Origin: a virus
Strand: one strand, 5' to 3'
Length of the DNA stretch: 64,000 bases
IMG/VR virus record: IMGVR_UViG_3300042894_002308
Location: 1 to 64,000 of that record
The position numbers were made by a program, and so were the translations under genes. Below the pieces are notes generated by a model that made no database searches, was not told the DNA's origin, and was given only the letters and a program-made list of their open reading frames with translations. Of the stretch, positions 44,315 to 54,673 are shown piece by piece (within the stretch, counting starts at the first letter, position 1; each line of letters starts with the position of its first letter).

Positions 44315-46204
44315 TCAGACGATCTGACATCCACCTGCGCTGCAGGCAAACTCCTTTGCGGATTCAGTATTGTCTTCTGCCTCGTATGTAGACAGATCCT
44401 TAAAATTAACTTTAACCTTAGGATGTGCTGCATAGGTTGCAGAATCAATCTGCTCAAAGGGTGCCTGAGCGTAGGTGTGACTATCACCACCGGGAAGGAA
44501 TGCTATTCCTGTTGCAATATCAAAGTTTTCCCAAAGCCAGTTGCCCACTTCAAGGAATTCAGAGTCCTTATAGTTGACGGTGATTGATGGCTTGTGATGA
44601 CAGAAGTGTTCTTGATAAGTTTTCCACAGATCAAGATGGTCTAATGCACGAAGTTCCTCAGTGGTCATGGTTCCCTTTGGAGCCTTCATAGCAAATGTAA
44701 AGACGGCAGTAGAAGTTGGGTTGATCACATCATCCTCGCACGGGACTCCTTGATCCTTCATCAAGTTATATAAAGGATCTTTCTTGTCCAGACGAATTCG
44801 GCGGAAATAATAATCCGCATAGCGAGGATGCAGACCCGAGGCAGAGTCCACCAAACACGATGTAGTACCTTCAGGCTTCACGCAAGTCACTGACTTGCTA
44901 GGGTTGATTCCCAACTTCTCTGCCCACTTGAGATTCGTCGCAGTCGCATGATCACGAAGAGTCTCAAGAAGACGAACAAGCTTTGGCTTACCTTCTAAGC
45001 CACTCGTAAGCTTGTTATCAAAAATTCCTGTCATAGATACTCCAAGTAGTCTTTCCTCTTCACAGTTCTTCTTCCACTCCGGACGAAGATATGGAAAGTG
45101 AGTAAAGGTTGATTGAACTGTACCGATGATTGTAGCAATCTCAATCTTTCTCTTCAGTATTGCTGCAGTATCGTCTTGACGAACTACAACTGTAGAAAGA
45201 TTACAGAATTCAAATGGCTTAAGAATGATCTCGGAACATGGATTAGTTCCATATTCACAGTCAGGATCACGACCAGACTTTTCAGCCTGTTCTTGCAGTG
45301 CCTTACGATTGATCATTCCACGTTCACCACTGTGACTATTGTATAGTGATGTCCACTCTTCTAGGAATTGACCCATTGGAGGACGACCATTATAAACAGC
45401 AGAGTTATTAGCATAAGAACGAAAGCCAGCCTGTTCCCACCATGCACCGCTCTTGCAAAGAGCCATTTCACGGTCAGCAAGATCGCTCAATGAAATCATA
45501 GCAGAACGACGAACACCACCAACAATTACTGCATTAGCAATAGCACAGCAAACATCATGACATTCAAGTGCAGACAGTCTGCGTCCTTGTGCATTGTAGA
45601 AAACCTTCACGACAAACTTGAATAGATTGTCTAAAGGTGCGGGACCACTAGCACGACCACCAAAAATTTTAAGTCGTGCACCAGATGGTCGAATCTTTGA
45701 CAAGTCCCACTTAGGGTGCTTACCAGAATAGAGATCATTAAATAATATTTTAATAGCATCTCCCCAACCTTCCTTTGAATCTTCAACAACAATTACATTA
45801 TCAAAATTCTTTACAATCTTGCTAGCAACAGTTGGAAGTTTATCAGTGTATTTTCTTTCTACAGAATAGCCAGTACCTGTGCCATTCATAAGAATAACAA
45901 ATAGTTCTGCAAATGAGTCAATAGAATCAATTGGTAGATAGGAGCAATTGTATAAACAAGTATTGTCGTGATCCAATGCAGGACCGGCAGTCATAAGACT
46001 ACGCATAGAAGGAAGAACTTCTAAGTTCAGAATTGCTTCCTTGACATCAGGACGTTCTGCAAGTTGTGGAACTTTATTCGTAAAGTATTTCCACCAACGG
46101 TCTACACATTCATCCCAAGTCTCACGACGATTTTGGTCATTGAGCCAACGAGAGTAGCGAGAGATAAAAATAAACGATTGAAATGGTGATAAAATTTCTG
46201 CCAT
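44315..46204 (-). CDS. nrdJ: Class II (B12-dependent) ribonucleotide reductase
   Basis: SRYSRW..RRETW, YNCSY, GGVRRSAMI, TNPCSEI, VKPEGT, C-terminal CSAGGC. Confidence 0.93.
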   Translation of the reverse strand: MAEILSPFQSFIFISRYSRWLNDQNRRETWDECVDRWWKYFTNKVPQLAERPDVKEAILNLEVLPSMRSLMTAGPALDHDNTCLYNCSYLPIDSIDSFAELFVILMNGTGTGYSVERKYTDKLPTVASKIVKNFDNVIVVEDSKEGWGDAIKILFNDLYSGKHPKWDLSKIRPSGARLKIFGGRASGPAPLDNLFKFVVKVFYNAQGRRLSALECHDVCCAIANAVIVGGVRRSAMISLSDLADREMALCKSGAWWEQAGFRSYANNSAVYNGRPPMGQFLEEWTSLYNSHSGERGMINRKALQEQAEKSGRDPDCEYGTNPCSEIILKPFEFCNLSTVVVRQDDTAAILKRKIEIATIIGTVQSTFTHFPYLRPEWKKNCEEERLLGVSMTGIFDNKLTSGLEGKPKLVRLLETLRDHATATNLKWAEKLGINPSKSVTCVKPEGTTSCLVDSASGLHPRYADYYFRRIRLDKKDPLYNLMKDQGVPCEDDVINPTSTAVFTFAMKAPKGTMTTEELRALDHLDLWKTYQEHFCHHKPSITVNYKDSEFLEVGNWLWENFDIATGIAFLPGGDSHTYAQAPFEQIDSATYAAHPKVKVNFKDLSTYEAEDNTESAKEFACSAGGCQIV

Positions 46205-46227
46205 AGTTAAATCCTTAAGTGGGTGTC

Positions 46228-46932
46228 TTATTTAGTTGTTAGAGTCTGCCACGAAACCGGGAAAAGGGGAGCAATTAATTTGTCAATTGCTTTTGCATAT
46301 TCTTGAATTTCCCATTGGGCATGTGCATCGATTCTCAAATTATAAACACGGGCAAATGCATAGAGAGAACCAGTCCATACAAATTCTGTATAAGTTCCTT
46401 GTGGTAATATTGAACGGGCTTGCTCAGGAGCAACACCATCTACCAAAAGTTTATTATAAAGATCTAAACATTCTTTTGCAACTCCATCATATTCTTGACG
46501 AAGTTTAATACAATGATCCAGATCTTCAATAGGACCACTGCTACCTTGCTTGGCTCCATCAGTAGGAGAATTTCTCCACATAGGAGTATAAATCTCAGGC
46601 TCATAAGTGACATACCTACGACTGACTTCATTCATCACAAGACCAACTTGGTGCTTTCCTAGTTGAGCACGAACAAAGATAGGGCACTTGATACGAACAC
46701 TGATCTGTGGATGACAGAATGGTGTAAAGTGATTATGCTTTGCCAGATAACGAATTAGTTTTGCATCTTTATCAGATAGAGAACGAATTGGAACATGGCT
46801 ATCAGCATAATCCCAAGAACTTTCTTTATTAAAAGAAACTCTTGCTGCATTTGCCACACTTAAATCCGAACCCATATAATCCACTAGATCAACGTGACCG
46901 TGATCTAGGACAAAGTACTTAGTCTGCGCCAT
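46228..46932 (-). CDS. thyX: Flavin-dependent thymidylate synthase
   Basis: NAARVSF, HFTPF, NEVSRRY, PEQARSILPQ, HAQWEIQ. Confidence 0.95.
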   Translation of the reverse strand: MAQTKYFVLDHGHVDLVDYMGSDLSVANAARVSFNKESSWDYADSHVPIRSLSDKDAKLIRYLAKHNHFTPFCHPQISVRIKCPIFVRAQLGKHQVGLVMNEVSRRYVTYEPEIYTPMWRNSPTDGAKQGSSGPIEDLDHCIKLRQEYDGVAKECLDLYNKLLVDGVAPEQARSILPQGTYTEFVWTGSLYAFARVYNLRIDAHAQWEIQEYAKAIDKLIAPLFPVSWQTLTTK

Positions 46933-47152
46933 TTTTATTTGTGCTATCTCGGTCATCTTCATCCTCATCTACATCTACAAGTTCAACTCTCACACCATCA
47001 ATCTTTGTAAAGTCTGCAGCGTATTCTCGTGCTCGGGACCATAAACCTGGGTCCATTTCTTTTACATATTCACCAAATCTTTGCACAAAAGTCAGATAGG
47101 CTTCACTAGCCTTTAAGATATCTTCTTCTGTCATATCTTCATTATTATCCAT
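46919..47152 (-). CDS. Acidic hypothetical protein
   Basis: ORF in the replication operon. Confidence 0.7.
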   Translation of the reverse strand: MDNNEDMTEEDILKASEAYLTFVQRFGEYVKEMDPGLWSRAREYAADFTKIDGVRVELVDVDEDEDDRDSTNKNGAD

Positions 47153-47153
47153 T

Positions 47154-48140
47154 TTAAACCTTCTTCCAGTAAGTATACTTCATTTTAGCTTTAAGTCCAG
47201 AATAAACATTATTAATAATCAACTTCATGGTTAGATTCGTTCCATAGACTTTAACCATATCATTGACATCTTTTTTATCAATTTCACTTGGCCAGATTAC
47301 TACATTTCGTCCAGCATCAATATATCTACCAATTAAATTTACTATTTCAATATTTCTAGGTTCATTATCAAAAACAAAAACTATATTTGCTTTTGCAATT
47401 TTTTTAGGAATCGTGTCTAACCAACCTGCACCCTGCATTGCAACTCCATTTGGAATAAACATGGAGTCAATAGGACCTTCTGTAACGTAAACAGTTTCTC
47501 TTGGATCTACTTTATCTAGGTTGTACCAAAGCCGTTCTTCGCCGTCTTTCTTGAGGGTAATGTAGCGTATGGAATCCCTCTTTTCTTCAAAGGATCGCCC
47601 CTGTACGCCAAGTAGTGACCCATCCTCGTCATAGAACGGTATGACGAGTCTGTCTTCCTTGGTCCCTTCACGGTCAAAATCCGCCATGATCCTACTGAAA
47701 TCAGCGCAGTAATAAAAACTACTATACTTCTCTTTAGGAATTTCTCTAGATTGAACATATTTTACTGCTTTATGGGTTGGATCGAGTAAGTCAAGCCTTG
47801 TTCCGAGATTCGTGAACATAGGTTCACGCACAATTGCTTCCTCTCGTTCAATCGGTTCTGGATTTTTGTCCTTGAAATTTTCAAACGCATATTCTTTGCA
47901 GAGAGATGGGCTGATACTTTCAAGAACAGAATATAAATTACAAGCAATACCGCAATTGTGACATTTATAAACATATTTTCCTTTGTTCTCAAAGAAATAT
48001 CCCCTTGTCTTGGATCTATTTTTCTTTGAGTCACCACATGCGAAACATCTGCATGTGGCTAGGTTATCTTTCTTCCACTTAAACTTCTGAAGTGAACCAG
48101 AAACCATATTCACATATTTCTTATCAATATATATGCTCAT
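47154..48140 (-). CDS. T4 gp61-like DNA primase
   Basis: Zn finger CFACGDS..CHNCG; TOPRIM EGPIDSMF, DNEPRN, KDVND. Confidence 0.95.
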   Translation of the reverse strand: MSIYIDKKYVNMVSGSLQKFKWKKDNLATCRCFACGDSKKNRSKTRGYFFENKGKYVYKCHNCGIACNLYSVLESISPSLCKEYAFENFKDKNPEPIEREEAIVREPMFTNLGTRLDLLDPTHKAVKYVQSREIPKEKYSSFYYCADFSRIMADFDREGTKEDRLVIPFYDEDGSLLGVQGRSFEEKRDSIRYITLKKDGEERLWYNLDKVDPRETVYVTEGPIDSMFIPNGVAMQGAGWLDTIPKKIAKANIVFVFDNEPRNIEIVNLIGRYIDAGRNVVIWPSEIDKKDVNDMVKVYGTNLTMKLIINNVYSGLKAKMKYTYWKKV

Positions 48141-49555
48141 TTTGGTGCGTCTTGAAAAACCCAGTTTAATGCCTTGTTCTTTTTAATTCCAAAATCATCT
48201 GAAAATACTAGTGGACCAGAACCTGATCCAAAACTTTCTTCATTTGTATTGTTGGCATTGACAAGATTATTATTTGAATTTTCTACATCATAGAACTTCA
48301 TCTTGGATTTGTTTACACCAATAAGAAACTTACGATTCTTAGTTGTATCATTACCACGGTTCTTTAACTGCTTCACCATGAGTTGACCATTCTGTGCTAA
48401 CTCTTCAGTCTCAATGAGTGCAATGAAGAAGTCTGTAGTTTGTGGTAGACCAAAACTTTCAGATGTGTCTGTCATCTCCATGTCACTGCTCTTTGCACCT
48501 TCACGATTTACCTGAGTGGCAGACCATAGTGGTACATTGAACTGCTTGGCAAGACCACGAAGTTCTTCTGCAATACCCTTTACATAGGTGTAACTATTCA
48601 TACCGTTGCCCATCTTGAATCTTGCACATGAGCAGATGTTTAGATAATCAACAATAATAATATCAGGCTTGAACTTCTTCTTGATCTTCAGTTCTTCCAT
48701 AAGATTACGGAAGTGTGTGACATTGGCAGCAGCAGTAGGATATTCTTTAATAATAAGTTTACCACGGCAAGTCTTCTTGAGATTGTTTACCTTGTTCTCG
48801 TACATAGCAAGAGGCATCTTCTCAAGAACATGAATGTCTGTATCTAAAAGATTTGCATCAATACGTTTAGCAATTTCTTCTTCAGACATTTCAAGTGTGA
48901 TATACAGCACATTCAAATTCTGTGTAAGACACGCAGCAGCATGATGGCATAAGAATGCACTCTTACCAACACCCGATGCTGCCATGACAACGTTGAGAGT
49001 CTTCTTGCGAACTCCACCACCGGTGATGAGATTAAACATCTCAAGATCAAATGGTACACGCTCTTCTACACGATGATAGTACTCATAGCGTTCATCAACA
49101 TCTTCAAAGAAGTCGTGTCCTACCCGAGTATCAAAGGATACAGACAGAGCCTTAGACATGATCTCAGGAATTGCATTCTGAGTCTGTTCCTTATCCTTAC
49201 CTTCAATGATACCAATGGATGCCATGATACCATTGTAAATGGCTTTCTCTTTGCAGAACTTTTCAGTATGTTCTACAAGCCACTCAGTATCAGACTTCTC
49301 ACCTTCCTTATACATCTCATCAGAGATAGCAACACACTTCTTGAATTCACTTTCTCCAAGAGTCTTGTCATCTCCAAGTGAAATGAGTACAGCATCCTTA
49401 GTAGGAATGTTATTGTACTTGAGAAGAAACTTACTTACGATATTGAATACAGTCTTTTCAGACTTGTCGTGAAAGTATTCATCCTGAAGGAACGGGACAA
49501 CCTTGCGAGCATAGTCCTCATTGAGGACCAAGTTCTTTAAAATAACTGTTTCCAT
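48137..49555 (-). CDS. T4 gp41-like replicative helicase
   Basis: AASGVGKS, ITLEMSE, IIVDYLNI, SATQVNR, SESFGLP, KQLKNR; leaderless TGGACA-N16-TATACT-N6-ATG. Confidence 0.95.
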   Translation of the reverse strand: METVILKNLVLNEDYARKVVPFLQDEYFHDKSEKTVFNIVSKFLLKYNNIPTKDAVLISLGDDKTLGESEFKKCVAISDEMYKEGEKSDTEWLVEHTEKFCKEKAIYNGIMASIGIIEGKDKEQTQNAIPEIMSKALSVSFDTRVGHDFFEDVDERYEYYHRVEERVPFDLEMFNLITGGGVRKKTLNVVMAASGVGKSAFLCHHAAACLTQNLNVLYITLEMSEEEIAKRIDANLLDTDIHVLEKMPLAMYENKVNNLKKTCRGKLIIKEYPTAAANVTHFRNLMEELKIKKKFKPDIIIVDYLNICSCARFKMGNGMNSYTYVKGIAEELRGLAKQFNVPLWSATQVNREGAKSSDMEMTDTSESFGLPQTTDFFIALIETEELAQNGQLMVKQLKNRGNDTTKNRKFLIGVNKSKMKFYDVENSNNNLVNANNTNEESFGSGSGPLVFSDDFGIKKNKALNWVFQDAPK

Positions 49556-49575
49556 GTTTTTAGTATATCACTGAT

Positions 49576-49899
49576 TTAGGGTTTGTCCAGTGGATCTTCA
49601 TGAACATCTGATTCAAGATCTCTGGGTTCTGCTTCTACTTGATTTTCTACAATATTAACAAATATTTCACCAGCAATATTTGTAAAATCTTTATCTTGTT
49701 GATCAAATCCATCTGGTGATGTAATGATTTCAATATCCATCGTTACATTTAATTCGTCATTATCAGTTTCTTTAAAGGAAATTTGCCCATAACGATAAAT
49801 GATGCCAGAAAATTTACCCGATGTAATTTCAATAGGGCAAGTTTGTGTACTGTCTATTGATACTTCAGGAATAAATTTATATTCAACTGCCTTGCCCAT
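49576..49899 (-). CDS. Hypothetical protein in the T4 gp40 position
   Basis: Between uvsX and gp41; IEITSGKFSGIIYRYG. Confidence 0.6.
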   Translation of the reverse strand: MGKAVEYKFIPEVSIDSTQTCPIEITSGKFSGIIYRYGQISFKETDNDELNVTMDIEIITSPDGFDQQDKDFTNIAGEIFVNIVENQVEAEPRDLESDVHEDPLDKP

Positions 49900-50905
49900 A
49901 CTTAAATCCTTTTTGAATTTCTATATCCAACTTGTCAAGAATATCTTTTGTAAAATACTTTTCAGGATCTTCATCTATATTTTTCTCAAATGCTTTTGTA
50001 CCATCTGGAAGTTCTACTCGTGTCGAAACCTTCTTGAATATATTATACTCAATTGCAAGGTCTGTCAAGCCATAATATCTACTTAATCCAGACGTATAGT
50101 TAAGTCTTGTCTGAACATGCATATTTTCTTTGACAAAACGATTCTTATAATTGGTACATTTAATAAAGTTACCAACGATACCATCATCAGTCTTGTCCTT
50201 ACTCTTTGATAACATGATGATGTTACTTGCTGCATACTTAATACCAGTACCACCACCAAGATCCTTAGTAGGAACATATGAACCAATAACTTGATATGTA
50301 TGGTTTGTAAGAAGAAGTGGTATCTTTGCCTTACCAAGTTTCAATGTAAGAACACGGAAAGTAGCCTTAGTAAGTTGTGCCTTGGTCATATCACGCACAT
50401 CCTTACCTTCAGCAGAATCATTCATTTCTTTGTTTGTCGATAACATTCCCAAAGAATCAAGAACCATAAAGATTGGCTTGCGGTCTTCTTCAGGTGTTTC
50501 AAGTACATCATTGACGATCTTGAGAGCCTGGTTCTTGAACTCTTCGATTGTTGCAACAGGAACAACTGCAATTCTTTTGGAATCAATTCCCCGCTGTGCA
50601 AACATGTCTGAAGTGATTGCTTGCTCCGTGTCAAAGTAGATGACAACACCATCTTTGTGGTCTTTGAGAAATTGCGTAGCGATTCCAATTGCATAGAAAG
50701 TTTTTCCAGTAGCAGGATCTCCTGCAAGACAAGAGATTTTGTTTGCTGGTAGTCCACCATATATAGATCCTGAAAGCAAAGCATTCAGAACATATGAACC
50801 AGTATCAATAAAGCCTGTAACATCAGCCCCATCAATACCATCGGCTACAATGGCTGCATCAGGATTGTTTAATTTGCTTAGTAGATTTGTTAGATACTTT
50901 GACAT
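49883..50905 (-). CDS. uvsX: UvsX/RecA-like recombinase
   Basis: DTGSYVLNALLSGS, AGDPATGKT, YFDTE, LDSLGML, NHTY. Confidence 0.95.
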   Translation of the reverse strand: MSKYLTNLLSKLNNPDAAIVADGIDGADVTGFIDTGSYVLNALLSGSIYGGLPANKISCLAGDPATGKTFYAIGIATQFLKDHKDGVVIYFDTEQAITSDMFAQRGIDSKRIAVVPVATIEEFKNQALKIVNDVLETPEEDRKPIFMVLDSLGMLSTNKEMNDSAEGKDVRDMTKAQLTKATFRVLTLKLGKAKIPLLLTNHTYQVIGSYVPTKDLGGGTGIKYAASNIIMLSKSKDKTDDGIVGNFIKCTNYKNRFVKENMHVQTRLNYTSGLSRYYGLTDLAIEYNIFKKVSTRVELPDGTKAFEKNIDEDPEKYFTKDILDKLDIEIQKGFKYGQGS

Positions 50906-51305
50906 TCTTTTCCTTTTCTTTTTGTGCGTGTTTCCAATTTTCGTTTTCCCAATACTGAGATGCCTCTACAGCATCACTAAGTCTGTGATAACACTTTTCA
51001 AGTAAATCTTCAATAGCAATAATTCTTTTATATAGATCAGTACTATTTTCTTTACTGAATTCTGGTTTACTATTTAACTTAGTACCCCGATACTCACAGT
51101 GTGACCGGTACTCATGCATTAACAACTTAAATGGCATCTCTTCAATTGAATCTATAAATTCTTGATATGGAATTCTTAAAATATTATATTCATATTGCCA
51201 CGGAATTGTTTTAGTAATAGTAACTTTAGATTTCTTTGTCACTTTGCTTCTTACCTTTCTTATAATTTTTGGTTGTAATGATAATCCGCGCATAGTTTTC
51301 TTCAA
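50859..51305 (-). CDS. Hypothetical protein (true start probably near 51242)
   Basis: ORF between pol and uvsX. Confidence 0.55.
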   Translation of the reverse strand: MKKTMRGLSLQPKIIRKVRSKVTKKSKVTITKTIPWQYEYNILRIPYQEFIDSIEEMPFKLLMHEYRSHCEYRGTKLNSKPEFSKENSTDLYKRIIAIEDLLEKCYHRLSDAVEASQYWENENWKHAQKEKEKNVKVSNKSTKQIKQS

Positions 51306-51528
51306 CTATGGTGTCATCAATAGTAATTGATTCTACGATTACGTCATCTACGTCATTGACAATGTCAAGTAGTCTAGCACCAACCATAACGCATGGACCA
51401 CCTTCAAAGTCAAATAAACCATCGCCACCCCTAGAAAATAAGGTGTGACCTTCGATACTATAGTTTCCGTCTTTACGTTTTGTGAGGATTCGTTCATCAC
51501 CATATCTAGATTTAAAGGTCTTTACCAT
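51226..51528 (-). CDS. Hypothetical protein
   Basis: SRYGDER..DFEGGP motif. Confidence 0.65.
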   Translation of the reverse strand: MVKTFKSRYGDERILTKRKDGNYSIEGHTLFSRGGDGLFDFEGGPCVMVGARLLDIVNDVDDVIVESITIDDTIVEENYARIIITTKNYKKGKKQSDKEI

Positions 51529-51531
51529 TTC

Positions 51532-51783
51532 TTAACTTTCCATTTCAATAAAAGATTTTAGATCTGTCTTCAAATCTTTAATTTCTTCATTCAATGAAGT
51601 AATTTCTTCACGCAATTTTTTAATTATATCGTCTTTTATTTTAATAATTGGATAGTCTATAGTAGGAGGTTTTGCCTTTGTATAGTGATTATACTTTTTT
51701 TGATAATTTTGCATAAATGTTACTTCAAATTCCTTGATTGTTTGTTTTTCTATTCTCTCATTCATATTATCATTATAACTCAT
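51532..51783 (-). CDS. Coiled-coil hypothetical protein
   Basis: ATGA overlap with the polymerase stop. Confidence 0.6.
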   Translation of the reverse strand: MSYNDNMNERIEKQTIKEFEVTFMQNYQKKYNHYTKAKPPTIDYPIIKIKDDIIKKLREEITSLNEEIKDLKTDLKSFIEMES

Positions 51784-54287
51784 CCAAAGAAGGATTCAAG
51801 TGTTACTTGTTGATTTATTGACCACTTAATTGCTTGTAAAATATTGTCAAGAGGTTCACCAAAAGTTTTATCAAATTGTTTCTTTCGATCAATATACTTT
51901 TCAAGATTAAATTGTGGAGGAGCCTTGCCAATGAATCCCATTACTGCATCTCTGCCGCCCATACCATATGGATTTGGAACACGAACAAATATAAACTTGA
52001 TCTTGTCGTTTTCCTTAATAGGTGGAAGTTCTTTATCCAAATTTATCTTCTTGACGTATGCATTGTGTAACAATGCAGCCTTGGTAGCAATCGGGGTACC
52101 TGACTTATATATGTCTGAGAAGTCAGTATACTTGCTGATACCCTTAACACCCCGAGGAGATGCTATAACATCTATAGGTAGTTCCATAAATTCATCATAA
52201 AATGCATCCACATACTTACGCAACTCCTCGGGGGTCTTGGTCATGATGATCATGATGCAATCTTTGAGTTTAGTACGAACAATACCGGGAGTACTGCTTC
52301 GTGCTGTCTCAAGACCCATGATCTTTAACTTTGGTTCACTGAAGCGAACACCTTCAAGATCTGTCATCAGTAACGCATATCGCTTCTTGGCAATAAACAT
52401 TCCACTTGATGCAATGGCTTCACGCTTGAATGAAATCTTGTTGGTGAGACAATTAAGTTTCGTGGTCAACTCTTTCATTGTCCCAGTCAATTCTTTTTGA
52501 ATATTCTTTTCACAGATATTATCAATAAAGGTTGTGATGTCACCGATATCACTCTTGCTAGAAACTTTAGTAATAATATCTTCAAGATTTAGATAAACAG
52601 AATCTGTATCAACGGCAATAACATAATCCTTTGAGTCAGTATTCTTCATAACTCTATTGATATAGGCATTCATCTGATCTTCAGCAGATCGAATGATAAC
52701 CTGACCAGTAACAGTAACTGCAGTTGCGAGTTCCGGAGAAGAGTATGTGAATGCAGGATTACCAAGACAGCCATACAGACTGTTTGCTAGAATCTTCTTA
52801 ACAGACTGACGAATCTTAAGAGCCGCAATCAAGGGAGTAAGTTTCTTATCCTTGGAGATTTCATATTCTTTTTCCAACTTAATCATCTTCTTCTTGGCTT
52901 CTTGTCGTTGATTGAAAGTGATCTCAATCAAAGTAGGAATGAATCCCTTGACGCTATTGGAGAAGACTGAACCATTGCATGCCAAGCATGCATTCTGATC
53001 AATAGCATCTTGAATCATGTCTGGAATCTCTTTGCGTTTACTACGCAAAAAGTCATCTGCATTCAATGATGAATTCTTGACAATGCATGTCTCGGGTGAA
53101 ATGTTCCAACCAATGATAATAGATGGATATAGAGATGTTGCATCGAAACTCACAACATTTTTATACAGACCAGGAATTACATCCTTGACATATGCACCAA
53201 TGAACTGATCATCCTTGGCATACTTTGTCTTTAATGGTGGAACAATGTTTTGCTTGGCAAGATAGTCACAACAAATGGTTTCCCAAATACGTGTGGCGAA
53301 GAAGACGGTATCAAAGGTGATCTTGGCTTCATATGCAATCGAAACTGCAAGATCAATTAACTTTAATTTATCCTCAAGTCGCTCAACCAAGACCACGTCT
53401 TGGACATTGTACTCAGCAAACTTTTGAAAGTTTTGCGTATAAAACTCACGCAACGACCCATATTCGGTATAGTCCAGTTTTTGTTCATCTAGTTCTACCT
53501 TTGCTATATTATTTAGAGCGTAACTCTCCTGGTTGGTTCCAGAAAATTTCTTATATAAATCCATGTAATCCAGGATGGTATATCCCGGAAACTCATATAG
53601 AGTATAGTCTTTACCACCAATATTGGTAATACGCATCTTCATGAAGCCAAAGGGCATCCATGCCTGAATCTCCTTTTCTTCAAAGAAGAGTTTGGCACGA
53701 CCAATGATATAGGGCATATCAAAGAGTTTGATGTTCCAGCCAGTCAGAATATCTGCATCACATTGACGAAGAATGTCAAAGATCTTCTTGATCAACTCCT
53801 TCTCGGATGCAACAAGCACAACTCTACAATCCGGAAGGTTCAGGGGTTTCATGGTGATAACATAATTGACACCAGAGATACGAATCGTCACCAAGTTGAT
53901 GCGTTCATTAGGCGCATCAAGATTGGGAAACCCCCCTTCCGTCTCACATTCAAGGTCCAAGTAGGCTACTTTGATCTTGGAAAGATCGTATTCCACCTCA
54001 GACGGATAAGTCTCCATGATATATTGAGTGATGAAATCAGTGTTTCCATAAATTGGACAATCTTCTAGTTCTCTGTATTGATCAAGGAATTCACGAGCCT
54101 CATACAAATTCTCAAACTTAATACGACCAACATTGACACCGGTCAAGGTTTTGTGTTTACTGGGAGTGTCAGTACGCATATACAATGATGGCTTATAGGT
54201 AACGGTATCCGTAAAACGAACACCGTTGTTATAGCCACGAACAAGAACCTTGTTCCCCTTAAGTGCACATGCTGTATAAAATTTCAT
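51780..54287 (-). CDS. T4 gp43-like family B DNA polymerase
   Basis: Exo DLECE, GWNIKLFD, YNVQDV; Pol SFDATSLYPS, KILANSLYG, DTDS, KKRY; C-terminal clamp motif LESFFG. Confidence 0.97.
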   Translation of the reverse strand: MKFYTACALKGNKVLVRGYNNGVRFTDTVTYKPSLYMRTDTPSKHKTLTGVNVGRIKFENLYEAREFLDQYRELEDCPIYGNTDFITQYIMETYPSEVEYDLSKIKVAYLDLECETEGGFPNLDAPNERINLVTIRISGVNYVITMKPLNLPDCRVVLVASEKELIKKIFDILRQCDADILTGWNIKLFDMPYIIGRAKLFFEEKEIQAWMPFGFMKMRITNIGGKDYTLYEFPGYTILDYMDLYKKFSGTNQESYALNNIAKVELDEQKLDYTEYGSLREFYTQNFQKFAEYNVQDVVLVERLEDKLKLIDLAVSIAYEAKITFDTVFFATRIWETICCDYLAKQNIVPPLKTKYAKDDQFIGAYVKDVIPGLYKNVVSFDATSLYPSIIIGWNISPETCIVKNSSLNADDFLRSKRKEIPDMIQDAIDQNACLACNGSVFSNSVKGFIPTLIEITFNQRQEAKKKMIKLEKEYEISKDKKLTPLIAALKIRQSVKKILANSLYGCLGNPAFTYSSPELATAVTVTGQVIIRSAEDQMNAYINRVMKNTDSKDYVIAVDTDSVYLNLEDIITKVSSKSDIGDITTFIDNICEKNIQKELTGTMKELTTKLNCLTNKISFKREAIASSGMFIAKKRYALLMTDLEGVRFSEPKLKIMGLETARSSTPGIVRTKLKDCIMIIMTKTPEELRKYVDAFYDEFMELPIDVIASPRGVKGISKYTDFSDIYKSGTPIATKAALLHNAYVKKINLDKELPPIKENDKIKFIFVRVPNPYGMGGRDAVMGFIGKAPPQFNLEKYIDRKKQFDKTFGEPLDNILQAIKWSINQQVTLESFFG

Positions 54288-54601
54288 TATTTTGTTTCTT
54301 TATCTTCCAGCAATCCCTGAAGTAGAATCATATAGTTAATTACGTCAAGAATGCTGTCTTGAACAGTCTCATTTCCCACTTTTAATTCACCCTTCTTGAG
54401 GAAGGTGGAAATACGTGAGATTTTATCGACTACTCGCAACATTAACCCTTCTTCGGCACTTGCAAAGCCAAGAATCTCTCCTCTCTTAAAATTAGCAAAC
54501 GGATCTGTTCCGGATGCATAATCTGCGGACTTGTGACGCATTATTACTAATGCTCGGCGGCAAACGTCTTCGTGTAGTTGAAATAGTTCATCTCTAGTCA
54601 T
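54287..54601 (-). CDS. DUF1599-like (nucleotide-modification-associated) protein
   Basis: K..DYA..DPFANF...RVVDKISRI...DSILDVINY; leaderless TTGACA-N16-TATACT-N6-ATG. Confidence 0.7.
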   Translation of the reverse strand: MTRDELFQLHEDVCRRALVIMRHKSADYASGTDPFANFKRGEILGFASAEEGLMLRVVDKISRISTFLKKGELKVGNETVQDSILDVINYMILLQGLLEDKETK

Positions 54602-54673
54602 GGCAGTAGTATATACCCTATTATGGGGATGTCAAGAATATAAATATTAATGCACCCAATGGAGTTTTAAAAT

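Noticed and set aside
44315-54287. Inteins, introns or stop-codon reassignment in replication genes
   Set aside because: gp43, gp41, gp61, UvsX, ThyX and NrdJ are uninterrupted and of normal length under the standard code.
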